A stretch of 64,000 nt of DNA from IMG/VR virus record IMGVR_UViG_3300029258_005166, positions 1-64,000 of that record; one strand, 5' to 3'. The notes under the pieces were generated by a model. It was not told the DNA's origin. It ran no database searches and saw only the letters and a list, made by a program, of their open reading frames with translations. The DNA is from a virus. Made by a program: the position numbers and the translations under genes. This document shows positions 28,497 to 38,135 of the stretch, piece by piece (position 1 is the first letter of the stretch; every line of letters starts with the position of its first letter).

Positions 28497-28733
28497 ATGG
28501 GTAGTTACAATCTTACAGATTTATTAGAACAACAAGAATTGATACAGAAGTTGGTAGACAGAGGCCACGGAGAGCTAGTAGAGGCCCTCCTAGAGAACGA
28601 GAGCAAAGTCTATACGAAAAAAGGCAGACTCAATAAAAGTGGAGCTTGCCGTGTTCTTAAGTGGAAACCCAAACAATTAGAAGATGCTCTTGGTGAATGC
28701 CGTGAAATCCTAAGAAGCGAGTTTGACGACTAA
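28497..28733 (+). CDS. Small HTH protein resembling a stand-alone sigma region 4
   Basis: NKSGACRVLKWKPKQLEDALGECREIL HTH-like pattern, adjacent to gp55-like gene. Confidence 0.55.
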   Translation: MGSYNLTDLLEQQELIQKLVDRGHGELVEALLENESKVYTKKGRLNKSGACRVLKWKPKQLEDALGECREILRSEFDD

Positions 28734-29233
28734 CTCTCCAAATAGGCTCTGTCGTATCGAAGTTGCAAATCGACGGTACAGTATTCACTGTTACCCATGT
28801 CGAGTTCCCCCCACTCTATGCTCTGGGGCCATGCATTCTCGTATACCCACGTCTCCAAAATGGTCCCACAACCATCGTACATTTCTAGTCGTGCTTCTGG
28901 TTTCTTCCAGGTACTCGGAGGAGGAGCAATCCAATCCCCTGGCCGGGGGTCGTATTGCAATTTCAACCACTCGTAAATAGGATTTTGTTTTGTTTTTAAA
29001 TCATAAAGAGTAAGTGGTACGGGCTTCCATTCTGGTTTTCCAGCAAAGTAAATGGTCTCATTAAGGTGTTGGGCTTCAATTTCCTTGAACGAAATGCTCG
29101 GCCTAGCAGATTTGCTCGGCGGTAATGCATCTATTCCATCCACGGAAATACTCGGAATTTTAAGTTGCCAACGAAATCTCCGCTTAATACAAAACGAAAC
29201 ATCGCCTATTGGGCCTAGACCCATGTCAACCAT
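28730..29233 (-). CDS. Tail tube protein paralogue 3 (gp19-like)
   Basis: KRRFRW, ARPSISF, GKPEWKP, YDGCG..LETW, LRYD. Confidence 0.88.
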   Translation of the reverse strand: MVDMGLGPIGDVSFCIKRRFRWQLKIPSISVDGIDALPPSKSARPSISFKEIEAQHLNETIYFAGKPEWKPVPLTLYDLKTKQNPIYEWLKLQYDPRPGDWIAPPPSTWKKPEARLEMYDGCGTILETWVYENAWPQSIEWGELDMGNSEYCTVDLQLRYDRAYLES

Positions 29234-29245
29234 GAATACCTCGAT

Positions 29246-29863
29246 TTATATGATTACATTAGTTCTGGTGTCAGGAAAGTTTCCAGCCGATGCAGCAGAT
29301 TGTGATTCGCACGGTGTACAACATGCAGCAGGAACAAATTCTGGACATAGTGAACGATAGGACACTTGTGAATAACGTAGTGTTAGTTCAATAGTGCATT
29401 CTTCCGAATTAGCATAGTCGAGATCTCCCCATTGTATTCCGGTCGGCCAGACATCATTCAATATCCATTCTTCGACCGGTTCCCCACATCCATCGTAAAG
29501 CATGAGGATGGCCCGACCCGCGTAATCTCTACGAGAACTACCCATTCTCAAACGAATAGGATCAGTATATTCATAGACTGTTGCAAGCCAAGTATACAGT
29601 GGCAGATTATCTATAACGTTCGCTAGATCATAGTAGGTGACAGTGATCGTTTCCCAAGTGCCTTTTCCTGGAATCCAGGTCTTGCCGTGTAAGAAATTGA
29701 TTTCCGTTTCTTCTATCGAAATGTTAGGACGTGCAGCGAGCTTCACGTAGTCCTTAGGAACCGTGAGCCCTCCGCAAATATCGCTGATCTCTAAGGTATA
29801 GCGGAACTTTCTCTTAAAAACAGCATTGTCAAATCCGAGTTTACCCAAACCCATATTTATCAT
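29246..29863 (-). CDS. Tail tube protein paralogue 2 (gp19-like)
   Basis: AARPNISIEETEIN, PGKGTWETITVTYYD, YDGCG, LTLRY. Confidence 0.9.
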   Translation of the reverse strand: MINMGLGKLGFDNAVFKRKFRYTLEISDICGGLTVPKDYVKLAARPNISIEETEINFLHGKTWIPGKGTWETITVTYYDLANVIDNLPLYTWLATVYEYTDPIRLRMGSSRRDYAGRAILMLYDGCGEPVEEWILNDVWPTGIQWGDLDYANSEECTIELTLRYSQVSYRSLCPEFVPAACCTPCESQSAASAGNFPDTRTNVII

Positions 29864-29892
29864 GATGAGGCACCTCTTGAAAGAAATGAAAG

Positions 29893-29924
29893 GCCTGCTT
29901 TGCCGCAAATGCGGCAAAGCAGGC
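29893..29924. repeat. Perfect 14-bp hairpin between tube genes 1 and 2 (terminator, attenuator or stabiliser)
   Basis: GCCTGCTTTGCCGC AAAT GCGGCAAAGCAGGC. Confidence 0.75.
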
Positions 29925-29933
29925 AATAAGTCT

Positions 29934-30488
29934 CTAAACGCTGCAACCCTCGCAGCAGTTGCGGATTGTGCCACCGCATCGTGGGCTGTATTCGACTTTT
30001 CCGTAACGAAGCGTTAGTTCAACCGTGCATTCTTCAGAGTTTGAATAATCTAGATCTTGCCAGTTGATCGCTTGTGGCCACATATCGCCTAGCAGCCATT
30101 CCTCCAAGATAGTACCACAACCATCATACAGGTTCAAAATTCCTAGTCCTTCATACCCACTTCTAATGGTGGATTGTTTAAGTCCAACGCTGTCTGTGAA
30201 GTCATAAAGGGTGGCGATCCAACCCCATAAGTCTTGATTTGCTGCCCCCGCAACATCGTAGTAGGTAACCGTAATCGTTTCCCAAGTGCCCTTTCCTGGA
30301 ATCCAGGTCTTGCCATTCAGGTAGTTAATTTCAGTTTCTTCGATGCTTAGGTTGGGCCTTGCGGCGAGCTTAACAAAGTTCTTCGGAATACTTAGACCAC
30401 AAGGGCCGTAAATTTCGAACGTCCATCTGAACTTTCTCTTATGGATAATACTTGGGCCGCCTAGTTCTCCCAATCCCATATCTATCAT
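29934..30488 (-). CDS. Major tail tube protein (gp19-like)
   Basis: Directly after the sheath gene; same tube motifs. Confidence 0.9.
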   Translation of the reverse strand: MIDMGLGELGGPSIIHKRKFRWTFEIYGPCGLSIPKNFVKLAARPNLSIEETEINYLNGKTWIPGKGTWETITVTYYDVAGAANQDLWGWIATLYDFTDSVGLKQSTIRSGYEGLGILNLYDGCGTILEEWLLGDMWPQAINWQDLDYSNSEECTVELTLRYGKVEYSPRCGGTIRNCCEGCSV

Positions 30489-30507
30489 GGTTATCTCCTA
30501 TTGTGTA

Positions 30508-32958
30508 CTAAAAGTTTTCAGCGGTTTCGGTGAAACTTCCAGTCCGGTGAATACTAAACTCAATGAATATAAATTCAACCGCTCTTGTAGGTTGCACCCC
30601 AATTCTTGCTCTAAATTCGTTTCTGTCAATCACGTCAGGAGTGTTAAGCTCCTCATCCGCTTGAATGATATAGTCAGTCAGGCCACGCCCGACCTTTACT
30701 TCATCTAGGACACGGGAAGCAAGTTGCACAAAGAGCGTTCGGAAGATTTCATCGTGAGGATCGAAGAGCAGGGCTCTTGAATCAGCACGGATTCTCTTTT
30801 CAATCACGAACATCATTCGACGCACGTTGACCCGATCCAATGCGGTTGGTCTACGTTGTAAAGTTTTTTGACCCCAAACCAGGAAGTCCTGGAAGTCAAC
30901 AAACTGAACAATTGGATTGACAGCATTTCGATTTCCATACATAGTATCTCTCTCCTCCAAAGTCGGTCGAGAGAATACATCCGTGATGTTGGGAACGATA
31001 CCACGATTCACACCTGCTGGAGCGAACCATGGTTCTGCAAATTGATCGTTCCTTGCGTAAACAGCCATGACAGAGCCGGATGGCGGAACCCAAACATCAA
31101 CATTGTTGTGGGTATCCCGGAGTTTCAGCCAAGGCCAGTAAAGTGCGGCAAAATCGCTATCGAAGCGTGTGCTATTCAATGGGTGTACGCCATTTTGCCA
31201 CTGAACAATTTCTTCGACAGTCAGACCAAACGGCGGATCGATGATCGCCATGCAATCTTGTCGATAGTTTTCACAGAGGTCAATCAAAGCCAAAGCCACT
31301 GCTGTAGATGTATGTCCTGGAACAGCGATAATATCGATTTCGATCTGTTCCGGTTCGGACAAAGCATACATGCCGGTGTAACCAAGGGCACTTCCGATAA
31401 TCAAGGCGTCCTGATCGTCTGGATCTGCTGGAATGCCATCAGTTCCCCCACTCAGGCTGTAAGTGCCATCGAGTGGTGGTGCTGGATTGTCCGTGTTGTC
31501 CTCTGCACGAATATAATCAGAAACAAGGGACAGATATGTTTCAACGTAAAATCTACTCGCTTCATCTTTGGTCAATTGGCCCCAAGATTCCACTTGCACA
31601 CTGTCATTGTAAACTTCCATTACGAATGAGCCTTCGCGAATGTCGTTTGTGATAACAACTTGGGTGTTATTTCCATCGACTCCCGCTGTATCAGCGGTCA
31701 GTGTGAAGGTTATGGCCCCGGTTGTGTTTTCGTCACCGATAACCAAACCGAGTGTCTGAATATTTGAAGCACCCGATACACCCTCAGGTGTGTAGCCTTC
31801 GGCTGTTTCGTAATCACCCAAAGCGGAAGCAACGTCAGTTGGATCGCTGTGGGGGGCATCAAATCCAAAGATGGTGAATGTGCTGCTTTCCGACTTCACA
31901 AGCAGTCGGGCAAAACGTCCATTGTGCAGAGTTCTAAGCGAGAGGTTGTTTCCAACGGCGACCGCTTCCCAACCACCGGGCACATCGCCCGCAGCGATTT
32001 GAGAATTGATTTCTGTTACAATGTCAGCCGTAGTGTTTCCAGAGATGCCCTCTAGGTCAGCAAAGTCGATTACCTGGACGACGTTGTCAATATTGACATT
32101 GTCTGTTCCATCGATAACAACCTGAAGGTCTAGATCGGTCAATCCGGTAAAGTCCCACATTCCTGCTGTTTGATATCCATCGTCAGGATATCGGTCTTTG
32201 CTGCCGGTATATTGAGCCTGAGTCATGCCTTGACCAAGACCAACAACGTTATCAAGAATGCTACTTCCAGCCGGGGCAACCAAAGCTCCACCGACGAGCG
32301 AATCTTGAACCGACATAAATTCTAGGGACGCATCAGGACCATACGAAAAAGTCGTTCGCACCCCTAAACGATTGTCGCCAGTGTAGAAAAATTCAATACC
32401 ATCGATGTCAGTCTCAAGCTGGAGGTTTAGATCCTCTGCCAATTGAGCAGCAGAATAACCACTGGCTACAACGACTGGGTCATCGTGATCTGCATCTGCG
32501 AGAACAACAAGGACTTTGGAGGCCAGGACACCATTTAGTCTCCACCTGAAAAATCTTGCTGTCGCAAAGCTGTAATTACCGGCAGTATCAGTCGTGATTA
32601 TGATTTGGCCACCGGCTGATGGAACATCAACTTCGGCGGTTTGGGCACGTTCATGACTTACTGCGTCTTCGTCACCTACGCGAACAACAAACAATTCGTT
32701 GGCGACCAACAAATACTGTTCGGCGGCATAAATGAGGTACGGGTCACCCGTTTCAGGATGCGGATACCCAAAGACGGTGTTAAGCATTCGCTTAGAACTA
32801 ATCATCGTAGGAACATTGATAGGGCCTTTAGATGCAAAGCCCACCAATCCTGCTCGATGAAAGGACTGTTCCGGTGGAATGAAACTTAAGTCTTTCTCAG
32901 TTATACGAACAGATGGTGATATTGTGTTGCTCGGCGGAAATCCTCTTAGAATCGCCAT
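30508..32958 (-). CDS. Contractile tail sheath protein (gp18-like) with inserted domains
   Basis: SPSVRITEKD, YWPW, VPPSG, WFAPAG.NRG, WGQKT, DRVNVRR. Confidence 0.96.
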   Translation of the reverse strand: MAILRGFPPSNTISPSVRITEKDLSFIPPEQSFHRAGLVGFASKGPINVPTMISSKRMLNTVFGYPHPETGDPYLIYAAEQYLLVANELFVVRVGDEDAVSHERAQTAEVDVPSAGGQIIITTDTAGNYSFATARFFRWRLNGVLASKVLVVLADADHDDPVVVASGYSAAQLAEDLNLQLETDIDGIEFFYTGDNRLGVRTTFSYGPDASLEFMSVQDSLVGGALVAPAGSSILDNVVGLGQGMTQAQYTGSKDRYPDDGYQTAGMWDFTGLTDLDLQVVIDGTDNVNIDNVVQVIDFADLEGISGNTTADIVTEINSQIAAGDVPGGWEAVAVGNNLSLRTLHNGRFARLLVKSESSTFTIFGFDAPHSDPTDVASALGDYETAEGYTPEGVSGASNIQTLGLVIGDENTTGAITFTLTADTAGVDGNNTQVVITNDIREGSFVMEVYNDSVQVESWGQLTKDEASRFYVETYLSLVSDYIRAEDNTDNPAPPLDGTYSLSGGTDGIPADPDDQDALIIGSALGYTGMYALSEPEQIEIDIIAVPGHTSTAVALALIDLCENYRQDCMAIIDPPFGLTVEEIVQWQNGVHPLNSTRFDSDFAALYWPWLKLRDTHNNVDVWVPPSGSVMAVYARNDQFAEPWFAPAGVNRGIVPNITDVFSRPTLEERDTMYGNRNAVNPIVQFVDFQDFLVWGQKTLQRRPTALDRVNVRRMMFVIEKRIRADSRALLFDPHDEIFRTLFVQLASRVLDEVKVGRGLTDYIIQADEELNTPDVIDRNEFRARIGVQPTRAVEFIFIEFSIHRTGSFTETAENF

Positions 32959-32962
32959 TTTT

Positions 32963-33184
32963 TTAATCTCCCTTGTTCTTCTTGTTTGGAATGTACCTTG
33001 TCGAAATTAGACCCTTTTGCTCTAAACGATCAATGTACTCTGTAACCTTTTCATCTTCTAGTAAACAGACATTGTTCTTAGCCCCGACTCCGGGAAGGTT
33101 CAAAGTCGTGAAGGCTCTAGGAGCTTTTCGCGACCTTACTATTAACTGGACTGGACTACGACTCTTATTTCGGACTTCAATCAT
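32963..33184 (-). CDS. Small tail-operon protein
   Basis: ATGA coupling between gp15-like and sheath genes. Confidence 0.7.
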   Translation of the reverse strand: MIEVRNKSRSPVQLIVRSRKAPRAFTTLNLPGVGAKNNVCLLEDEKVTEYIDRLEQKGLISTRYIPNKKNKGD

Positions 33185-34194
33185 TGTTCTAATTCCTCAA
33201 CAGCTTGTTCCAGTCTCCCCAATGTTTCTGTTATCTCCTCAGGTTCTACTTCGTTGAAAAAATCAACCCGAGTTTTTAACACTGCTTTCTTTCTTACTAT
33301 TGGCTGTGGTATATATGTTTGAGCCGTCATATTAAACTGATATTTGATAATTCTCAGTTTTTGGTCTCCCGGTTCGAAATTTATGTTATTAGCAATGGAG
33401 TCTAAAGTTACAATAACTTCCCATTGAACACCTCTTACGTTTATGTATGCGACAGGACTGAATTTTGGGATGATTTGTTCCTCTATCTGGTCCATCACGG
33501 ACTGATATAGCGTCCAAACAAGCAAGCTATAACTGACATTCATCGGCAGTCCTCTTGCTACCCCAAAGACTGTATCTCTTTCGTACTTCTCACTCACTGT
33601 AAACCCTGGTTTTCGGTCGGGTCGCATGTCGTTCATGTAATCCACGGCCTGATGATAGATGTATCGGGTTTGATCGAACTGATGTTCAGTGGAGTGAATC
33701 GCCATGATGGGCAATCGAATCCGATCTACCACCAAGCTATTGTCCTTTCGCATATTATCGGCCAGGATGTATTGAACAGCACGCTCCTGAGAAGCCCACA
33801 AAATCGGCACGGGATGCAACTTGCCAGTTTGGTCGTCGCTGACAACAACGTTTTTAAAGAGATCGACCATGGCTTCGTTCGTTCCACGAATCGCTTTGGG
33901 ATAACGATAAACAACATCTCGGTTTGGCTTTTGGGGATCTTCGTAAATTTGTCCCGTCTGCATAGGATCGCAAAGCCCACTTCGCCCTAGACCATACTTT
34001 TTATTTGCAGCCTCACTTAACCAGCCCATATCGGGTCGGCTAGCGACTTGTTGGAGGGATGGAGTCCCCTCAGGAAAATCACACTGTTTTGGCGGGTCGT
34101 CTCTGTTGCGTTCTTCTTGAATCGGGCTAATGTCATTGCACTCATTCAGACCCTTGATTTGATGGGTCCCAGGATTTACTGGTTTCCGACTCAT
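33181..34194 (-). CDS. Tail terminator / sheath stabiliser (gp15-like)
   Basis: VPILWA, RLPIMAI, P.NVSY.L..WT, DQI.EQI.PKF.P. Confidence 0.8.
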   Translation of the reverse strand: MSRKPVNPGTHQIKGLNECNDISPIQEERNRDDPPKQCDFPEGTPSLQQVASRPDMGWLSEAANKKYGLGRSGLCDPMQTGQIYEDPQKPNRDVVYRYPKAIRGTNEAMVDLFKNVVVSDDQTGKLHPVPILWASQERAVQYILADNMRKDNSLVVDRIRLPIMAIHSTEHQFDQTRYIYHQAVDYMNDMRPDRKPGFTVSEKYERDTVFGVARGLPMNVSYSLLVWTLYQSVMDQIEEQIIPKFSPVAYINVRGVQWEVIVTLDSIANNINFEPGDQKLRIIKYQFNMTAQTYIPQPIVRKKAVLKTRVDFFNEVEPEEITETLGRLEQAVEELEQ

Positions 34195-34258
34195 AATATT
34201 TCCTCAACCTAAAGTAGATATTCAAAATTTGTCGTTTCTCACTGAAATAAATATGGAT

Positions 34259-34405
34259 ATGAAACCCTACAAAATAAAGAAGAAGGCAGACTCCATATCT
34301 GTCAAGTACATTCCATTTTCTCCGAAGTTACCTAAGCCCAAGCTACCTAGAAAGCTGTTCACGAAGGTTCATGAGGCCAAAAACGCTGAATGGACGTTTA
34401 ATTGA
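34259..34405 (+). CDS. 48-aa basic protein (not in ORF track)
   Basis: MKPYKIKKK...PKLPKPKLPRKL; ATAAATA 5 nt upstream. Confidence 0.5.
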   Translation: MKPYKIKKKADSISVKYIPFSPKLPKPKLPRKLFTKVHEAKNAEWTFN

Positions 34406-34931
34406 TCTCAAAGTCTGGTTTTTTCTGGGTTACATTACCCTCGCCAGTTACAACGCTTTCTTGGAACCGCTGACAGTAAAGCTCTAATCGAATTTCGCCC
34501 CAAAGCTTATATTCGCCAGTATTTCTTTGGATAATGACCCAATCCTCACGCTTGTGTGGAGTGTGGATGCGTGACCCAATTTTTGGCGGGTGGCCTACCG
34601 CATCCAGAACAGCCCGATAGTTCAATTCCATTTTCAATTCAGTCGGAGCATCAATCCCGAAATGATCTTGCTGATTTTCGGAAGGAACTGGTTCGTAGAG
34701 AGCCCAAAGCTGCACTGGCACTGGAGACCAAAGTTTTCCTGGATCTTCTCTGTAAAGTCGGTCAATCGTGCTTGCCTGTATAAAGACTTCGTAGTAAAAA
34801 ACAGGGGAACCACCCATTTCGATGATCTCTTGATCCCAGAGATTGAACAAACAGTGTTCGGGATTCTCAGGATCGAACTGTTGAATACTTCCAACAGCTT
34901 TATAAGGTTGTCCATTACTATTCAGTAGCAT
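34398..34931 (-). CDS. Neck / head-closure protein (gp14-like)
   Basis: E.IEMGG.PVFY, D.LY.ED, FGID, P.IGS.I. Confidence 0.78.
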   Translation of the reverse strand: MLLNSNGQPYKAVGSIQQFDPENPEHCLFNLWDQEIIEMGGSPVFYYEVFIQASTIDRLYREDPGKLWSPVPVQLWALYEPVPSENQQDHFGIDAPTELKMELNYRAVLDAVGHPPKIGSRIHTPHKREDWVIIQRNTGEYKLWGEIRLELYCQRFQESVVTGEGNVTQKKPDFEIN

Positions 34932-34945
34932 GTAGGTATATAGTT

Positions 34946-35581
34946 TTGATGATAAAAAACAAAGATGGCACTTCTTATACTCTTAGCAAACCAAACAAAC
35001 TTGCAGCGACACAGTTGAGGTGGGATTTGGAAAGAATGATCTTTCACAATTGGCATTGGGAGGAAATCTTTCAAGAAAAGCTTGAGGATATTGCCGAAAT
35101 CATAGAGAGCGAGAGAGAAAAGGAAGATTTCCAAGCAGAGACCATCGCTATCATCGATGAAATGCCGGAACCAAAACCGGAACCCATCATCGCCATCGAC
35201 AAAAAAGAATCAGAACCCGAACCAAAAATTCAAGAAGAGTTACCTGAATTGAAGAACGTTATCCTTTTCCATTGTCTGCCCGCCCGCGTGAAGCAAACGT
35301 ATGATGATCTTTATGGGGAAAACATAGAGAAGGTGGAGTATGGTAAAAAATTTATCTTTCCAGGCATCATTCTCGCAAACGTGGACCTAATGATGCGTTT
35401 TTGGACCAGTGATCCACATTCGCAAATTGGCAAACAATCCATCGTTTTTCCATACAGGTATAAAGATGGCCCCAAACTCAAAGAATTTCGCTGGTGGCGG
35501 ATCACGCAGAAGATCCCCAAAGAAGTGGGATTTATTTTCGAAGGAATACCGTCTAGCTTTCAACCAGATTTCTCAGACTAA
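34946..35581 (+). CDS. Hypothetical protein
   Basis: 211-aa ORF divergent from gp14-like gene. Confidence 0.7.
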   Translation: MMIKNKDGTSYTLSKPNKLAATQLRWDLERMIFHNWHWEEIFQEKLEDIAEIIESEREKEDFQAETIAIIDEMPEPKPEPIIAIDKKESEPEPKIQEELPELKNVILFHCLPARVKQTYDDLYGENIEKVEYGKKFIFPGIILANVDLMMRFWTSDPHSQIGKQSIVFPYRYKDGPKLKEFRWWRITQKIPKEVGFIFEGIPSSFQPDFSD

Positions 35582-35886
35582 TCAAAGATTTTTGGTGATG
35601 GCTTGGGATTTAAAACTTCCGTGGTGATTTCGGCTTTTATACCTAGCTTGCTAAGTTCTTTCTGATAGTTTGCTACCGCCCTAAAGAAACCGGCCTCGTA
35701 CAAATCAGCCACCAAACGACCAAACCTTTCCATATCTTCCTTAGTTTGCAGAGCGGCAGATATCCGTTCTATGATCGGCTCGTTCTCTTTGTATTTGATC
35801 GGGAGGAGATTGGCGACATACTGCTTCAGCACAAGTCCATGTGGATTTGACAAGTATTGCATCCAACCGGACAAGTCTTCACTCAT
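35578..35886 (-). CDS. Hypothetical protein
   Basis: ATGA coupling with upstream ORF. Confidence 0.65.
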   Translation of the reverse strand: MSEDLSGWMQYLSNPHGLVLKQYVANLLPIKYKENEPIIERISAALQTKEDMERFGRLVADLYEAGFFRAVANYQKELSKLGIKAEITTEVLNPKPSPKIFD

Positions 35887-36071
35887 TTCTTCTTCCTCTT
35901 TTTCTTGGTCCAATGTTTAATGGGCCCTTCTTTCGGACTTACAGCCGTTTTGCCGGGAGCCCCCCACCAATTCCAGTCTTCCTTAGGCTTTTGGGAGGGA
36001 TCGTAGACGACTCCAGTGCCAACCATTTCGCCCACCATCTCTAACCAAGTTTTAAATTCTAGTTTTTCCAT
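35883..36071 (-). CDS. Small protein with CTS-like N-terminus (MEKLEFKTWLE)
   Basis: CTAAATA 4 nt before ATG. Confidence 0.7.
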   Translation of the reverse strand: MEKLEFKTWLEMVGEMVGTGVVYDPSQKPKEDWNWWGAPGKTAVSPKEGPIKHWTKKKRKKK

Positions 36072-36087
36072 ACTTTATTTAGCAAAA

Positions 36088-36122
36088 AAGCCCGCTTTTC
36101 GCCTACGGCGAAAAGCGGGCTT
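36088..36122. repeat. Perfect 16-bp hairpin with TCGCC-GTA-GGCGA core between divergent genes
   Basis: AAGCCCGCTTTTCGCC TAC GGCGAAAAGCGGGCTT. Confidence 0.85.
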
Positions 36123-36139
36123 CATTCATAGATACCTAC

Positions 36140-37045
36140 ATGAGTACCACCAGTTGCTACAACAACACCTTGGCAATCAGTAGGCCATCACAGGACGCAA
36201 TGTCAAGTCTTTCTTGCTCAACCACTTCCTGTGAGTCAGATGTCGGCCATGCTGATCCATTGAATAAGTCAGAATTGGGACCTCGTCCTAATCGAGAAAA
36301 GGTACGAGCCCAAATTCGCGAGTATATCCTACACATGCTGGGAGCCCCGGCCCTCAAGCTAGAGTTGGACGAACAAAACATCAATTTTTGTATCGATCAG
36401 GCACTTAAAATATTTGAGGATTATGCTCCTCGCGAATATTTTCAATACTATACGTTCCGTACAGTACCAGGACAGAGTGTCTATGAAATGCCACCTGACG
36501 TAGGACTAGTTCGGAATGTGTTTTACAAGGAACAGGGCACCTTTGCTTTTCAAGCATCGGACTTAGATGGAGCGATCCCAATCGAGTATTTCTATCCCGG
36601 TGGAAGTTACGCCAGCATTCAGGGGGGTTTGATAGACCCCATACAGCCCATTTGGGGCAGGATGGGAGAATGGGTCCTTTATAAACAATACGAACAAATG
36701 TATAGTCGAGTATCCTCTAATTTAGGCGGATGGGAATGGCTTGGTGGATTCAAGCACATCAAGATTTATCCAATTCCGTATACAACGCACCAAGTTATTG
36801 TTCACTACTTGCAAAAATTAAAAGACTGGAACGAAGTCACCCAGGCTATGCAGGAAGGGGCTTTGACCTATGCCAAGGAAATTCTTGCAAGGATACGCGG
36901 TAAATACGCTAACCCGCCCGGTCCCGGTGGCGGCATCCAACTAGATTGGCAGGCTCTACAACAAGAAGCGAAAGACGAAAGAGAGAGATGGTTTTCTGAT
37001 CTTATTGAGAAGTTTGGAGACCTTCCTTACATATCTCTCGATTAG
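36140..37045 (+). CDS. Neck / adaptor protein (gp13-like)
   Basis: YI..MLGAP...LELDE....CIDQAL, A.AKE.L..IRGKY...PGPGG...LD...L. Confidence 0.88.
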   Translation: MSTTSCYNNTLAISRPSQDAMSSLSCSTTSCESDVGHADPLNKSELGPRPNREKVRAQIREYILHMLGAPALKLELDEQNINFCIDQALKIFEDYAPREYFQYYTFRTVPGQSVYEMPPDVGLVRNVFYKEQGTFAFQASDLDGAIPIEYFYPGGSYASIQGGLIDPIQPIWGRMGEWVLYKQYEQMYSRVSSNLGGWEWLGGFKHIKIYPIPYTTHQVIVHYLQKLKDWNEVTQAMQEGALTYAKEILARIRGKYANPPGPGGGIQLDWQALQQEAKDERERWFSDLIEKFGDLPYISLD

Positions 37046-37074
37046 ACGACTTTCCTCAAATTATTTTGGACTAA

Positions 37075-37197
37075 AAAAATAACCTCCTTACTAATCTTCA
37101 GCCAATTACGCAGAAGGAAAACAACAGCAAACACGCTAAATATAGCAAGAGGAAATTCAAGAAATGGCTGAAGACCAAGGGCATCCTGCTGGAATGA
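37075..37197 (+). pseudogene. C-terminal remnant of an HNH homing endonuclease
   Basis: NLQPITQKENNSKHAKYSKRKFKKWLKTKGILLE*, no start, upstream in-frame stop. Confidence 0.55.
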
Positions 37198-37685
37198 ACT
37201 TCAAAGAATTTATCAATATAGACGAAAACACAAGCATTACTGAACTTTTCAGTGAAGCCACAACTGCTACGCGGTATAGTGTGGAAGTCAACTATCGCAG
37301 CAAAGTCAAAGAAGTTTTAGAAGCTTATGCGAAGATCGTTCTTGGATACGTGAGTGCCGCTCTCAAGCAAAACGATTATCATGTCAAGCAAGTTTTCGAT
37401 GAATCTCCCATGAGGATCATTGTTTCCACTAGAAATTTTGACGACGGAGAGTGGACTGGGATCGTTCTCTTCAATCCTCACAAAGAATGTTTCATAGTAG
37501 CAAAGGGATTCTACAACAAAAACAGAAAGACCGTGTCCATCCAAGGCAGCAAGAAATGTGATGGCGACTCCGCTGCGGAGATCACGAAAGAAATCCGCAA
37601 TGTCATGCACAATCTCAAGGGCAAGAAGGATCGCTATCGCGAAAAACTTCGACCGGTTCCGCTCAAAAGAGGCCCGAAAAGATGA
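37194..37685 (+). CDS. Protein with CTS-like N-terminus (MNFKEFINIDE)
   Basis: Start re-assigned to 37194 (ATGA overlap with HNH remnant). Confidence 0.75.
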   Translation: MNFKEFINIDENTSITELFSEATTATRYSVEVNYRSKVKEVLEAYAKIVLGYVSAALKQNDYHVKQVFDESPMRIIVSTRNFDDGEWTGIVLFNPHKECFIVAKGFYNKNRKTVSIQGSKKCDGDSAAEITKEIRNVMHNLKGKKDRYREKLRPVPLKRGPKR

Positions 37686-37906
37686 ATTTTAGGAAATGGT
37701 TAGCCAATGAAGAGAGTGGCTTTCATACGGGCGGCATGATGGCTACAACTAAGCAGGGTTACGATCAAAATCTCCAGGAACCCGAAGGATTGGCATATCG
37801 CAAACCTGTCATTCCAAAGAGGCAAACTTGGCTAGCCAAGAAAATAGCTGCTTTGTTTGGAAAGAAGGAGGAAGCGGGAGCCCCCAATCGGGCTGCACCA
37901 TCTTAA
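37682..37906 (+). CDS. Small protein with CTS-like N-terminus (MNFRKWLANEE)
   Basis: ATGA coupling; shared motif. Confidence 0.72.
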   Translation: MNFRKWLANEESGFHTGGMMATTKQGYDQNLQEPEGLAYRKPVIPKRQTWLAKKIAALFGKKEEAGAPNRAAPS

Positions 37907-38135
37907 TGAGGGAATACATCCCTGCTGAAAAACCTAATACCACACTTATCAAAATGAATAGCGGGGTTGTGCCTAGCCAGCGGTCTAGAAAAATTCCTCC
38001 TATACCCGGCAACGAGAACATACCGCAGATAGAGGTGATTCTAGAAACCCAGGACATGGCCTCGGCCAAATTTGAGGCGTCGGTTTTCTTCAAAGTACGG
38101 CTCCTTCGTATTTCCAATCGTGTCGGATTCGCCAC
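37809..38135 (-). CDS. atpZ: AtpZ/AtpI-family membrane protein
   Basis: G..LDRWLGT.P.F....VLG..AGM..L. Confidence 0.75.
   Translation of the reverse strand: MANPTRLEIRRSRTLKKTDASNLAEAMSWVSRITSICGMFSLPGIGGIFLDRWLGTTPLFILISVVLGFSAGMYSLIKMVQPDWGLPLPPSFQTKQLFSWLAKFASLE

Noticed and set aside
23171-37045. Sheath, multiple tubes and baseplate genes as an extracellular contractile injection system or T6SS
   Set aside because: Head-joining neck proteins, a gp55-like sigma, gp46/47, RNR and a resolvase indicate a true phage.
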